A stretch of 64,000 nt of DNA from Candidatus Bathyarchaeota archaeon (GTDB lineage Archaea > Thermoproteota > Bathyarchaeia > Bathyarchaeales > Bathycorpusculaceae): the NCBI GenBank assembly GCA_963782525.1, contig CAWAKC010000003.1, forward strand, positions 1-64,000, given 5' to 3'. Below are positions 50,367 through 60,647 of the stretch, in pieces (positions within the stretch are counted from its first letter, which is position 1; each line of letters opens with the position of its first letter). The translations under genes and the position numbers were made by a program. Under the pieces are notes generated by a model that was not told the DNA's origin, ran no database searches, and worked only from the letters and a program-made list of their open reading frames with translations.

Positions 50367-53108
50367 TTAAGACTTCAGTTCTGAGGTATTCTCAGTATTT
50401 TGGCAACAATTTTCAATTCCTTTTTTGTTTACTTTAGGTATTATTATTTCGAATTTTGCGCCCTCAGAACTGCCTGTTTCCTGAATTTTCCAACCGTAAA
50501 TATCCAGCATTCTTTTAATGAAAAAAAGACCTAACCCTGTGCTGCCCCCCGTGCTATAGCCTTCTTTGAAAAGGAAAGGTTTATCTTTCAAAGAGATGCC
50601 CACACCATTGTCTTCGTAGATTAATGTTATATTTTCGTCATAGTTTTTATTATAACTGATTTTAACTTCTGAGGCTTTTTGCCCGTATTTGCGTGTATTA
50701 TCTAAAAGATTATAGAAGAGTTGTACTAAAAATGAATCTGCCAATAAGCATAATCCATGGCATCTATTGATTATTCTGAAGCTTTGATTGCTGGAAAATA
50801 ATTTAATCGCATCGTCGACCGCTACACCTGCATCGATTGGGCTTAGACTTTCTAGTCCTAGTTGCTCGTACATTTTAGCAAAATTGAAAATTCTATTTAT
50901 ATTTTGGATAGCCCGGTCTATTTGATCTAAAGCCTCAACTATTACTGGCTGCTCTTTATGCTTTTTTCTTAGGATGTAAGAGTAACCTGCTATTCCGCTT
51001 AGTTTGTTGCGAACATCGTGTCTAGTTAATCCGCCGACCACTCTTAGCTTCTCATTAAGCAATTCGGAGTTTTCAATTGTGCAACTTAATGCTTCAAGTG
51101 CTATTGTTAAATCGCGCTGAGTTTGTTTCAATTCAGAAATGTTGGTAACAACACTAACTGCACCAGAATATTTGCCTTTTTCATCGAAAAGCGGGGAATG
51201 ATTTACGATTACTGGAACTGGAACACCTTCTTTATTGATAACTTTCGCTTCAGTATCCCAGCTCACTCCAGACTTTAACCTTTTTATGACAGTTTTTGGG
51301 TTAGCATTTTCTTCGGCGCCCGTTATTTCAATTATGTCCTTACCTGCAACTTCTGTTTCGGTCCAGCCATAGAGATTTTCAGCACCTTTATTCCAGAAAC
51401 GAATTTTTCGATTTTCATCAACCATGATTACGGATTGACCAACACTGTTTAAAAGGTTCACTTGGAACGCTACCCTTCTCTCGTTCTCTTTGCGCTCGAC
51501 AACTCTTCCTAAACGCTCTGCGACAGCATCAATTAAAAATCTTTCTTCCTTCAGAAATGGTCCATCAAAATAGATTATATCTTTCTTTTCAAGATAGTAA
51601 ACTTCAATGCAACCAACATTTTTTTCAAAAGATGAAATATTGGCTTGATATCTCCAAGAACTTTGTTGGAAATTATGAGTCAGATATTGTTGATTTTCAA
51701 ACGTAATCTTGGAGCATGCACTCTCTGGGTACTGCAAAGTTTTGGGAAGTAATTCGTTGGTTCTCTTCATTACATCTTCTAATGAAGTGTTTGGCTTTTC
51801 AATCATTAGTGAAATATCGTAAAGACAACTAAGCGCTTTATTGGCCTGCTGATACCTCTGCAAAAGCTGCTCGAACTCCAATTCCGCTTTTTTATGCTCG
51901 GTTATTGGTACTGCAAGTTCGAGTACAGATGTGATCTTGCCTTCTGAATCTTTTAGAGGGGTGGCTCTAATTTCAACCCAGTTCTTTTTACCCTCTGAAT
52001 TAATGGTCATGTATTCATGGGTGTCTAAAGGAATATTTTCTTCAAAAACTTTTTTGACACCACAACCCGGACAAACTTCGTTTAATTTAGCAATCGTATT
52101 AAAACATTTTTGATTAGGAATAGCTCCTGCATTTGCCAGGACTTTATTGCACCAAATAATATCGTAGTTTTTGTCAATTATTGCTAGTCCAGCGTCGATG
52201 TTTTCTCCGACACTTTCAAGAAGCTGGAACTTTTCGGTGAGCTTTAATGCCGCGTTCTTCTCTTTCGTTATGTCTTGGCATGTTCCCAAAATTTGTTTAC
52301 CCGTCCCTCGAGCAGTTCTACTAAATAATATGTCATAGCTCCGGAACCAATGCCATTCTCCATCGGCATGTCTTATCCGATATTCCACTTCAAAAACCTC
52401 GTTCTCTAAGGCGTTCGTAAACCGGGCATAATGAGCGGTTATTATTTTAACATCTTCTGGGTGCAAAAGACTTATGAACGATTCAGAACCCATTTCTGAA
52501 ATCTGCTCTGGAGAATAACCGAGAAATTTAGCTGCTTCCTTGTTCGAATAAATATATTTATTTTCAAATAAATCATAGATGTAGACTATATTTGGTGTCG
52601 AATCGATTATTTTATGAGTAAAAAGTCGTGCTTCAGCTAATTTCTTTTTTGACTCAGTTTTCTCAATAGAATTTTCTATAACGTGTTCAAGTTCGCCATA
52701 AACCGTTTCTGGGTTGCCTTGTTTGTTTACGTAGCCGTCTGCGCCTAGATTCAATGCTTTGACAGCAAGTTCTTCTCGACCTTTTCCAGTAAACAAAACA
52801 AAAGCAATATCGTTTTTTTGCTCTCTAAGGTTGAGAAGTAAATCCAGTCCATTTTTAATAGGCATTTCATAATCAGAAATTACGGCGACATAATTACCTG
52901 TGGATAGTTTATTTAATGCTTCATCTACGTTTGATGCACAATCAATTAGGTATTCGCCATCTGATTCTAAAATTGTCTTTGTAAGATTTAGAAAACAAAG
53001 GTCATCGTCAACATATAATATGTTCTTTTTACATATTGGTTGTTCTTTTTCTGCCCCAATTTTAAATGTAATAAGGTTGTTTTCATTGGAATTACAATTC
53101 ATCTGCAA
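50367..53108 (-). CDS. Hybrid kinase REC-PAS-PAS-GAF-like-PAS-HisKA-HATPase
   Basis: ILYVDDD, SDYEMP, FTGKGREE; RHDVRNKL; NLLDN; DNGVG; GLGL. Confidence 0.9.
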   Translation of the reverse strand: MQMNCNSNENNLITFKIGAEKEQPICKKNILYVDDDLCFLNLTKTILESDGEYLIDCASNVDEALNKLSTGNYVAVISDYEMPIKNGLDLLLNLREQKNDIAFVLFTGKGREELAVKALNLGADGYVNKQGNPETVYGELEHVIENSIEKTESKKKLAEARLFTHKIIDSTPNIVYIYDLFENKYIYSNKEAAKFLGYSPEQISEMGSESFISLLHPEDVKIITAHYARFTNALENEVFEVEYRIRHADGEWHWFRSYDILFSRTARGTGKQILGTCQDITKEKNAALKLTEKFQLLESVGENIDAGLAIIDKNYDIIWCNKVLANAGAIPNQKCFNTIAKLNEVCPGCGVKKVFEENIPLDTHEYMTINSEGKKNWVEIRATPLKDSEGKITSVLELAVPITEHKKAELEFEQLLQRYQQANKALSCLYDISLMIEKPNTSLEDVMKRTNELLPKTLQYPESACSKITFENQQYLTHNFQQSSWRYQANISSFEKNVGCIEVYYLEKKDIIYFDGPFLKEERFLIDAVAERLGRVVERKENERRVAFQVNLLNSVGQSVIMVDENRKIRFWNKGAENLYGWTETEVAGKDIIEITGAEENANPKTVIKRLKSGVSWDTEAKVINKEGVPVPVIVNHSPLFDEKGKYSGAVSVVTNISELKQTQRDLTIALEALSCTIENSELLNEKLRVVGGLTRHDVRNKLSGIAGYSYILRKKHKEQPVIVEALDQIDRAIQNINRIFNFAKMYEQLGLESLSPIDAGVAVDDAIKLFSSNQSFRIINRCHGLCLLADSFLVQLFYNLLDNTRKYGQKASEVKISYNKNYDENITLIYEDNGVGISLKDKPFLFKEGYSTGGSTGLGLFFIKRMLDIYGWKIQETGSSEGAKFEIIIPKVNKKGIENCCQNTENTSELKS

Positions 53109-53483
53109 TGAAAATCATCCTGATTCAATTTTGAAATATTCATGAAGTTGTCAAAGGCTGCATTAATTGGGTCAAGCGACTTATCATGGTCTCTAAAGGT
53201 TTGAGATTTGGTGCGGTTTTTCATTTTTAGCTAAGCCTCAGCCTTCAAATAACGATTGTCGACGATTAATTGCTATTATCCCAAGGGGAGTGAACAGTTA
53301 ATAAGTTTATGAATTTCGAGTGTAACATGCTCTGCCAATTCTTTGGTGAAATTCACGTTTAGTTTCATAATTAGAGACAGTTGTCCCAAAAAATGGGCCT
53401 AAAACGAGTTTGTTGTATCAGCCGTTAATGATAACCCTGCCAAAAACTGTTCTATTTTTAGTCTTTCGTGAAAGGAATCCAAA

Positions 53484-53870
53484 ATGGATACGTTAAAACG
53501 AATACCATTCGAAGAAGTATTAGCAGCATCTCATATTCTATGGACAAGTAAATCATTGGCTGATCAGATCGCTTTAGACTCACTTGAAATTATTAACAAG
53601 TCATATAGGCGGAAATTTTCGTTCTTTAGTGGAAGAAGGTCAACATGGATTGTTGGAGGCTTACTGTATCTTTTAAGCTACAGATACGATTCAGTCAAAA
53701 AACAAAAAGAACTAGCAGACGTTTTAGGTACAACAGATGGAACAATTAGGGATTCTTATAGACTCTGGCTTAAAACATTCCCGGATCTGTTTATGGATGT
53801 AATCGGCAAGTTTGCTAACGACGAAAAGCTTCGTTACTTTGTCCGAATAGATTTAATAAAAGAAGCATGA
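53484..53870 (+). CDS. Single cyclin-repeat TFB/TFIIB-like protein
   Basis: SGRR....GGLLYL...QKELADVLGTTDGTIRDSY resembles the second TFB cyclin repeat and its HTH. Confidence 0.6.
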   Translation: MDTLKRIPFEEVLAASHILWTSKSLADQIALDSLEIINKSYRRKFSFFSGRRSTWIVGGLLYLLSYRYDSVKKQKELADVLGTTDGTIRDSYRLWLKTFPDLFMDVIGKFANDEKLRYFVRIDLIKEA

Positions 53871-54262
53871 CTAACAAACTAAATTGTGGTAAAACAACAA
53901 CACGATGAATTTTTGTTGGGCCAATCTTATCAGTTTTTAACGTAGGGCTTCTTCAAACTGAAAACTAAAACTCTAAAGGCAGTGGTTTCTGAAAAGAACC
54001 AATCTCTAACCTTCCGCTCAACCTCAACTAGCCATGGTTTGCCTTTCGTCATGTTTTCTGCAAAACAATACCTAACTCTTTGGATATAAGTTCAACAGGC
54101 TGAAAAATAGTTTTGGTTGGTCCCGGAAAAATGCAGCCGCAATTTATTTTTTTGACCAAACCACAAAACAACGGCGACGCGACACCAAGGATTGAATAAC
54201 GCCAAGACGAAAACCATAGTTTATTAGGAAGTATTTAGAATTGTTGCGGTAAGCTGCCACAT

Positions 54263-54339
54263 GCGGTAATAGTACAGCTTGGTCAGTACATAGGCTTGCC
54301 AAGTCTAGGACCCGGGTTCAAATCCCGGTTACCGCACCA
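54263..54339 (+). tRNA. tRNA-Gly(GCC) with encoded CCA
   Basis: Acceptor GCGGTAA/TTACCGC, anticodon arm TAGGC-TTGCCAA-GTCTA, T arm CCGGG-TTCAAAT-CCCGG. Confidence 0.95.
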
Positions 54340-54929
54340 CTGTTATAATTCCAGTTTATTCCAATTCAATCCTTTTTCAAGCATTATAATGCCATCTGAA
54401 TAAAACTCATAGTAGCCCAATTAAGATAACAAATCTTTTATGCAGAAAGAACAGAGTCCATTTGATGCCAATGAAGAAATTAATAATATCAGAAATTCTC
54501 ACAGGATTGTTGGCGTTAACAATGGCCATAATTACGTTGTACCATTTTAAGTTAGGCGCAATTGGCACATACATATTTGCTTTTGGAACAATTATTATAG
54601 CTTCAACAATGCTTGTCGTGGGAATTTTTAGGTTGGCTAACGTTTTCTCGTTTGAGCCTTTAAGCTTAGCTAAAAAAATTGACGTTGGTACAAGTGTATT
54701 AACGATTGCGATGGCTGTTATAATTTTGTATTTACAAATTGTTGCGGGCAGAGAGTTTTTACAAGTTATTGGAGGAGGCGCACGTTGGCTTCATGTCTTG
54801 TTTGGTTTAGGATTGTTAGGTTATGCCGTTGGTTTGGTCGCTATGGGGGTGCTATCACGCGAGTACCGCTATGGTCTAAGAGCCTATTATTCAGCGATAG
54901 GCATCGCAATTGGAGTTTTATCATTTATT

Positions 54930-55952
54930 TAGGGGTGTGCAGAATTTAAGCTGCTTCCCAATTATGTTCTAGTATGGAAGCCTGTGAAGTTGTCAGGCTT
55001 TTCGTCAACAAAGCAATCGTTTCTGTAGAACCCAAAAGACGCGGAAATCCAGGCTACGGACGCCTAAGAGCACTAAGAGTTCTCGTTTATGCCAGACTGA
55101 AAGGATTAGAGAACGACACACGTGTAATTGAACATCTAAAGAAGCATACGGACGTTGCTAGAACACTTGGCTTATTCAAAGTACCCAATAGAACCACTGT
55201 TGGAAGATGGTGGAGACGCTATCTTGACGTTCTTGAAGAAACTTTTAAGAAGATATCGGCTATGCTTCAACTAGTGACACCGACCACTATTCTAATTGTT
55301 GACTCAACGCCGTTAGTGGATCTCTACGATATGGAAGCGGGCTGGGGTCACACGAGCCGTGGAAAATTCAGAGGTTTCAAGCTTCATGCAGCGGTAAATC
55401 AGCTGGGGTTGCCGTTGAGAGCAGTTGTTACGCCTGGTAATCGTTATGACTCGCCTTTTCTTCCCGGTCTCATTGAGGATTTGGAAGCAGAATACGTTTT
55501 GGCCGATGCGGGTTATGACTCGAAAACAAACAAAAGAGCAGCCAAGGGCATTGAAGCTGAGCCTGTTATTGCTCCTAATCCTAGAAGGGGAAAACGCAAA
55601 AGAATCAAACATGCTAGACTCTTGGAGACTAAGCGTTATGTGGTTGAGCAGTTTAATGGGCATCTTAAAGCTAACGTTTTGAGGAATTGCTGGGTGAGGC
55701 CTAAGGGTTTGGTGAAGAAGGCGGCTATGGTGATGGCTGGCTTGATTAGTTATGATGCTGAAGCAATACGATCGCTTATTGTTGGCGAGCAAAGTCTAAA
55801 AACGGTAAGCAAGTACTGGGCTTGACCCAACAACAAATGATCATGGAGCCCTCAAAGACACCAAATCAATGGTATTTACGGGTACGATCCCAGACTTGCT
55901 CAAAGATAACTTACCTATCGGAACTATAAAAAATGAATTGCGCACACGTCTA
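54930..55952 (+). mobile_element. IS5-like element, 1023 bp
   Basis: Imperfect IRs TAGGGGTGTGCAGAATT / AATTGCGCACACGTCTA; 7-bp TSD ATTTATT at 54923-54929 and 55953-55959. Confidence 0.9.
54974..55825 (+). CDS. DDE transposase (IS4/IS5-type)
   Basis: IVDSTP, GFKLH, LADAGYD, RYVVEQFNGHLK. Confidence 0.9.
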   Translation: MEACEVVRLFVNKAIVSVEPKRRGNPGYGRLRALRVLVYARLKGLENDTRVIEHLKKHTDVARTLGLFKVPNRTTVGRWWRRYLDVLEETFKKISAMLQLVTPTTILIVDSTPLVDLYDMEAGWGHTSRGKFRGFKLHAAVNQLGLPLRAVVTPGNRYDSPFLPGLIEDLEAEYVLADAGYDSKTNKRAAKGIEAEPVIAPNPRRGKRKRIKHARLLETKRYVVEQFNGHLKANVLRNCWVRPKGLVKKAAMVMAGLISYDAEAIRSLIVGEQSLKTVSKYWA

Positions 55953-56446
55953 ATTTATTGTATTGTCATCTCAAATGGTCCTGACTTCACCGGTAGTTAA
56001 TGGTGGCAAATTCTATCTTACATATGGGTATTTTGTAAGGATAGCGCTCATCTTGATAGGCGTTAATTGTTTAATATCAGCAATTATTGCTGTGCTTTTT
56101 TTGAAAAAACAAAAACAAAGTCCCATAGGGGTGGCAAATCCTCCCTCACTAGAATAATTTGGGGAAGGTCCCTTTTTCCGACATGAAAAATGAATCGTCG
56201 GGTATAAAAAAATTTCAAGCGCATTGGAGCTCAGCCTCGAAGTTCAACGTCAAACCAGTCAGGAAAAAATGCATCATAATAGAAGTAGCTTCATTTTCTT
56301 TCTGATTCATCAAAAAGCCTCCTAATTAACAAAGATCAAAGAAAAATGGTGCGGGCAAACAGGTGAATTTCCTTTTGGAAATGCAAATAAGTGCGAATGC
56401 AGATTAGCCATCGACAAAGCTCAGGGCAGTCCCGGTGTAGTGTCGG

Positions 56447-56471
56447 GCGGTCGTAGTCTAGTTTGGTCTAG
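56447..56471 (+). other. Isolated 5' fragment of a tRNA (Gly-like acceptor strand + D arm)
   Basis: GCGGTCG-TA-GTCT-AGTTTGGTCTA-G with no anticodon or T arm following. Confidence 0.6.
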
Positions 56472-56756
56472 TTCTTAGATGCCGATATCGACATTAGGAG
56501 TTTCGTGTTTTTGCGTTTCTTTTTTTATCAACGAATTTGAAAAGGAAACGCGGATATAGGGTTCTGTAAAATCCAAAATGAAGATTGTGAATAAAAACCC
56601 CGAAGCTGAAGCGTGTGCTTTCTGGTATGCATAATCTTCTAAAGAAATATTGATATACGAATCACGCAATAAGAAAAATAAAGGAGAAAAAAAGAAAATG
56701 ATGGCAGATAAAAACTTATAATTTGTTCTAAAAATTGAAATTTAGAGAAAGTCAAA

Positions 56757-56987
56757 CTAATTTTTCTTCTTCACAAACATCGCAAACAAGTAAAAAACAT
56801 AGATAAAGCTGAAGCCAACGAGCCCAAACTCAGTGTATCTAATGATGAGGTTGTTTTCGCCTAGGATGAAGTATCCCTGTGTTGATATGTCGTAGAATAT
56901 CCAGCTCATCATCAGTACGGAGCCTATTAGTGTTGAAATTCCGACGACGTGGAAAGCGTCTCGATAAACTTCGGACATACTATGCAC
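56757..56987 (-). CDS. Small two-TM hypothetical protein
   Basis: Two hydrophobic segments around GYFILGENN..IRYTE, then a basic C-terminus. Confidence 0.55.
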   Translation of the reverse strand: MHSMSEVYRDAFHVVGISTLIGSVLMMSWIFYDISTQGYFILGENNLIIRYTEFGLVGFSFIYVFYLFAMFVKKKN

Positions 56988-57060
56988 TTCAGACGTTGTT
57001 GCGTCAGGTTATCATTCTTTAGCGTTCAAGTTAGTATGGTTTATGACTTTTGAATCTGAA

Positions 57061-58662
57061 TTAAAAATAAGCTGAATTGACGGTACCTACTGATTTTTTC
57101 CTCAACCTCAGAAATAACACAACTGAGGCGGTTACTGCAACGAATGCTACGACTATTATTCCATATGTTACGCCTTGGGGTATGCCTGTCGGATTGATTG
57201 TTTCTGTTGTTGAGGTGGGAGGCACCGGGGTTGGAATGAGTGTTGATGTTGGCGACACGGTAGCGGCCGGTTCTTGATTAGTCGTTGATGTTACGGTCGG
57301 CGTAGGACTACCAGAGGGAGTTGGAGAAGGAGTTGGTGTGGTTATAGGTGTTGGCGTTGGAGTTGGAGAGACTGTTGGAGTAGGACTTGGTGAAAGTGTA
57401 GGTGTAGGGGTTGGTGACGGAGAAGGTGTTGGCGTTGGAGTTGGAGAGACTGTTGGAGTAGGACTTGGTGAAAGTGTAGGTGTAGGGGTTGGTGACGGAG
57501 AAGGTGTTGGCGTTGGAGTTGGACTGGGAGTGGGTGTGGGAGTAGGCGTCAAAGAAATCTTTGATAGCCATGAGTAAGTGTTTGCTCCAATTGAGTAGGT
57601 TCCTGCGATTGCGTAACTTCCATCATTGCATCTAATTATGCCTGAAAGGTTTGTGCCTGTAAATGTGTATGACCATTGATTGTTTCCTGAAGAATCCAGC
57701 TTCAATAAAGTGTTACCCCCTATTACAAGATAGCCATCATCATCAGTCTGAATAAATGAAGAAATATTGATTCCAAAGGTTTGGTTCCATTGAATGTTTC
57801 CAGAAGAATCTAACTTTACAAGCCCCTGTAGTCCGTATAGGCCTGGTCCGTTGGAAACTAAGAAACCGTCATCACTGGTGGTAATAGATGAGCCGAAAGT
57901 CTCGAAAATTGTGTATATTTTATGCCAGAGTTCATCCCCATTGGAATCTATTTTTATTAGTAAACCATTCAGCCCAGCACTTGCACCAAATAAAGCGTAT
58001 CCTCCGTCGTTAAATTGAGATATGCCATTAAGATATGAACCATCTGATGAGGTATTGTAACTTATGTATGTTTTTGCCCAAACTGGATTACCCGAAGAAT
58101 CAATCTTGTTTAGCCAAGGATAACGCAACGCGCGCGCTAAATCACCGGTACCTCCAAAGATTAATCCGTCGTCACTTGATTGGAGTAGCAAGGTTCCACT
58201 GTGGTAGACCTGCAACTTTTCCCAAATCTGATTGCCGTTGCCATCTGTTTTTATGACGTGGGTAACAGTTTCTTGTCCGGATTGGCCGTTATTGTAGCCG
58301 AGGGCAAGCCCACCATCGGTTGTCTGAATTAATCCATAGCCCCATACGCCACGATAGGTACTGATAGGGTAACTTTTGGTCCAAAGTAGATTTCCGGCAG
58401 AATCTGTTTTGAGAATTAATGCTTGGGGAGTGGGTAATGGAATATTAAATATATTATATGATTGATTTGTTGATTGTAATGCATAGCCTCCATCGCTAGT
58501 TTGAACGAGATGGTAGCATGTTTGATTTACTGGTGTGCCATAAATGTTGGTCCATAAAATTGTATATTGGGTTGCTGCCTTTCCAGTCTGTGAAGTTAAT
58601 GTGAACGCTAAAGAGCTAAACAAAAGAGCAATCAGACAAATCGTCGTCCATATTCTCTTCAA
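57061..58662 (-). CDS. Secreted beta-propeller surface protein with Pro/Thr stalk and C-terminal TM
   Basis: Signal peptide, repeated QT.DGGY / K.DS.GN..W motifs, PT linker, TM + RLRKK. Confidence 0.8.
   Translation of the reverse strand: MKRIWTTICLIALLFSSLAFTLTSQTGKAATQYTILWTNIYGTPVNQTCYHLVQTSDGGYALQSTNQSYNIFNIPLPTPQALILKTDSAGNLLWTKSYPISTYRGVWGYGLIQTTDGGLALGYNNGQSGQETVTHVIKTDGNGNQIWEKLQVYHSGTLLLQSSDDGLIFGGTGDLARALRYPWLNKIDSSGNPVWAKTYISYNTSSDGSYLNGISQFNDGGYALFGASAGLNGLLIKIDSNGDELWHKIYTIFETFGSSITTSDDGFLVSNGPGLYGLQGLVKLDSSGNIQWNQTFGINISSFIQTDDDGYLVIGGNTLLKLDSSGNNQWSYTFTGTNLSGIIRCNDGSYAIAGTYSIGANTYSWLSKISLTPTPTPTPSPTPTPTPSPSPTPTPTLSPSPTPTVSPTPTPTPSPSPTPTPTLSPSPTPTVSPTPTPTPITTPTPSPTPSGSPTPTVTSTTNQEPAATVSPTSTLIPTPVPPTSTTETINPTGIPQGVTYGIIVVAFVAVTASVVLFLRLRKKSVGTVNSAYF
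57346..57523. repeat. Perfect 78-bp tandem repeat (x2.3) encoding the Pro/Thr/Ser linker
   Basis: Unit starts at 57346, 57424 and 57502. Confidence 0.9.
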
Positions 58663-59271
58663 AACTGCAAACCTTCTCCAATGTAAATTAACAGTTCACG
58701 CTTAAAAGCTAGCACTGGAAAAACATTTCAACTTTCTACAGATGTGTAGTGGCAATTTGGCGCAAATCTTATTTCTCTGTTCGGCACAATTAATAATCGT
58801 TGTCTTGTTTTTTGGTGTCTTGAGGGTTAACTCTCTGTTTTGTTGTCTGCTCAAGCTGTTCCCGGAAGCAAAATATGTTTGAAGATTTCAAGGAAAAAGT
58901 GGGAAGATTCCAAAATAAGAATGAACGAGAAATCCCTTCAATGTCAAGTGTCTTACCGCCTGAGATTACAGAGAAACTGAGAAAAAACGGAATTGACCCC
59001 GATAACGTTACTATTTAGCAACTATTTCCAGCAACCTTAGATGGAGATGGCAACGACTTATCGTTGATGTCTGGCGCTGAAAGGGAAATCTTGATAACTT
59101 ATTGCAAAACTCGCAAGTACTTGCTTGAGAAGTATCCGCAGTCGCAAGAAGAAGCAAGAACACAAGAATAAACAATGAGATTAGAAAAAGCTTTAGCAGA
59201 AACAGATTAACCATTTCGATAAGGTATGCAGATAGCATACTCTAAGAAAAAAGAAAAGGGAAATTATTTTT

Positions 59272-59643
59272 TCAAATGAATGGAAGCCCTAAACCTATTA
59301 CCGCGATGCCTATCAAAGCCAGTATGAAAACTATCACTACGAAAACTATCACTGCTATTACCGCTATCGCAAACGCCATTAGCCAGCCACAGTCAAAGAA
59401 GTGCTTAATCAATGCGAGCCAAACTACAAACATTATTAGAGCCGCGATTAAGCCGCCGATTAAAGCTCCAACAATTGCGCCGATGACGACTCCAAGAACA
59501 ACTATCCAGATGGCATCGGTGAACTTTGCTTTCTGTTTGCCAACGAGTGCTCTTCCAACAAGCCAGAGTACGGGTGCAACTATGATTATGCTTACGACTA
59601 TGCTTATCAATAGTCCAACAAAATCCATAAAACTCATTTCCAA
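59272..59643 (-). CDS. Hydrophobic 4-TM membrane protein
   Basis: APVLWLVGR...KAKFTDA...LIKHFFDCGW. Confidence 0.7.
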   Translation of the reverse strand: MEMSFMDFVGLLISIVVSIIIVAPVLWLVGRALVGKQKAKFTDAIWIVVLGVVIGAIVGALIGGLIAALIMFVVWLALIKHFFDCGWLMAFAIAVIAVIVFVVIVFILALIGIAVIGLGLPFI

Positions 59644-60078
59644 TAAGTTTTATGGAAGCCTTTACTAATAAATTAAGCGGTTTTTTGGTTAATGCAAAAG
59701 CCAAACTATGTAAAAATGCTACAAAGTTTTTTGTCAAGAATTTAGTTGTTGATTGTGAATTCGTTAGTTTCTTTTCTATTCTCACGCGCTTAAACATAGG
59801 CGTTCTTAAACTATTGTCTTAGTTACCGATTGGTATGATACCTCGCAAACTAATAATGACTTAACCAAGTAACCTTGCCCTTCAATCTTGATAGGGAAAA
59901 AATCCAGTAAAGATTCAAGTATTTCTTGACTAAGAAAAGACGAAGCATTACAAGTATAAACAAATTCCTTTTGTTCATCGTGGAGTCCGACGAGAAGAGA
60001 TCCAAAAGTTGAAGCCCTGACTCCCTCACCTTTAGTGTAGCCTAAGATACCGAAGTCAAGTGGCCGCAACGGTTTTAT

Positions 60079-60647
60079 TAAAATTCGACGAGAATACTGC
60101 AGCCGTAGGCTGCAGATGAATCGTCCGTAAGCTCTTTTTGCCAACTTGCTATTTTGGGTTTCCTAGACGGCAGTTTGCGTCTACCGTCTAGGAGGTGTCA
60201 CAAAATGGGTTTGGAGTCTTTAAGCCATGGCTATGGGCAATGTGCGTTCCATATTGTGCTTGTGCCTAAGTATAGGCATAGGATATTTGTGGATCTTGGC
60301 ATTAAAAGCTGTTGCGAGAGGGCTTTGAGGGAGACTGCTTCTAGAATTGGCTGTCAAGTGTATGCTTTGCAGGTTGGTGCTGATCACGTGCATATCTTCG
60401 TCGGGTTGCATCCGGATTGTTCGGTGTCTGAAATGATTTGCCTCTTAAAGTGTAACAGTGCAAGGAGGTTGTTTTTGGAGCATCCTGAGCTTAAGAGTAA
60501 GCTTTGGAAGGGGCATCTTTGGTCTAGGGGTAAATTCTATCGTTCAATTGGCCAAGTTAACGCTGAAACAATCAAACGCTATATAGAACAGTCTAAGCAT
60601 CAATAGTTTTTTTGAGATACCGCAACCGTAAGGTTGCGGTCATTCAT
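60079..60647 (+). mobile_element. IS200-type element (tnpA only), 569 bp
   Basis: Subterminal hairpins CTGCAGCC-GTA-GGCTGCAG (60097-60115) and ACCGCAACC-GTAA-GGTTGCGGT (60619-60640); inserted after TTTAT, ends in TTCAT, no TSD. Confidence 0.85.
60205..60606 (+). CDS. tnpA: IS200/IS605 Y1 (HUH) transposase
   Basis: HIVLVPKYR, DHVH (HUH), LWSRG.F, IKRYIEQ; SD GGAGGTG before ATG 60205. Confidence 0.93.
   Translation: MGLESLSHGYGQCAFHIVLVPKYRHRIFVDLGIKSCCERALRETASRIGCQVYALQVGADHVHIFVGLHPDCSVSEMICLLKCNSARRLFLEHPELKSKLWKGHLWSRGKFYRSIGQVNAETIKRYIEQSKHQ

Larger units (their letters stand above)
54462..56157 (+). pseudogene. Multi-TM membrane protein interrupted by an IS
   Basis: Removing 54930-55959 rejoins ...VLSFI with VLSSQMVL... 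in frame. Confidence 0.8.

Noticed and set aside
54246-54339. Provirus or integrative element at tRNA-Gly(GCC)
   Set aside because: I saw no integrase, capsid gene or duplicate of the tRNA 3' end. The 7-bp GCGGTAA copy just upstream is too short to be meaningful.
56380-56530. Permuted or intron-containing complete tRNA
   Set aside because: No T arm (GTTCRAATC) or 3' acceptor strand CGACCGC lies upstream or downstream of the fragment.
57346-57523. Tandem repeat as a CRISPR or regulatory array
   Set aside because: It is an in-frame 78-bp duplication inside a Pro/Thr linker and has no spacers.
58883-59238. Short ORFs on both strands (MFEDFKEK... and the 75-aa minus-strand ORF)
   Set aside because: No recognisable motif and conflicting overlap; they cannot be supported.
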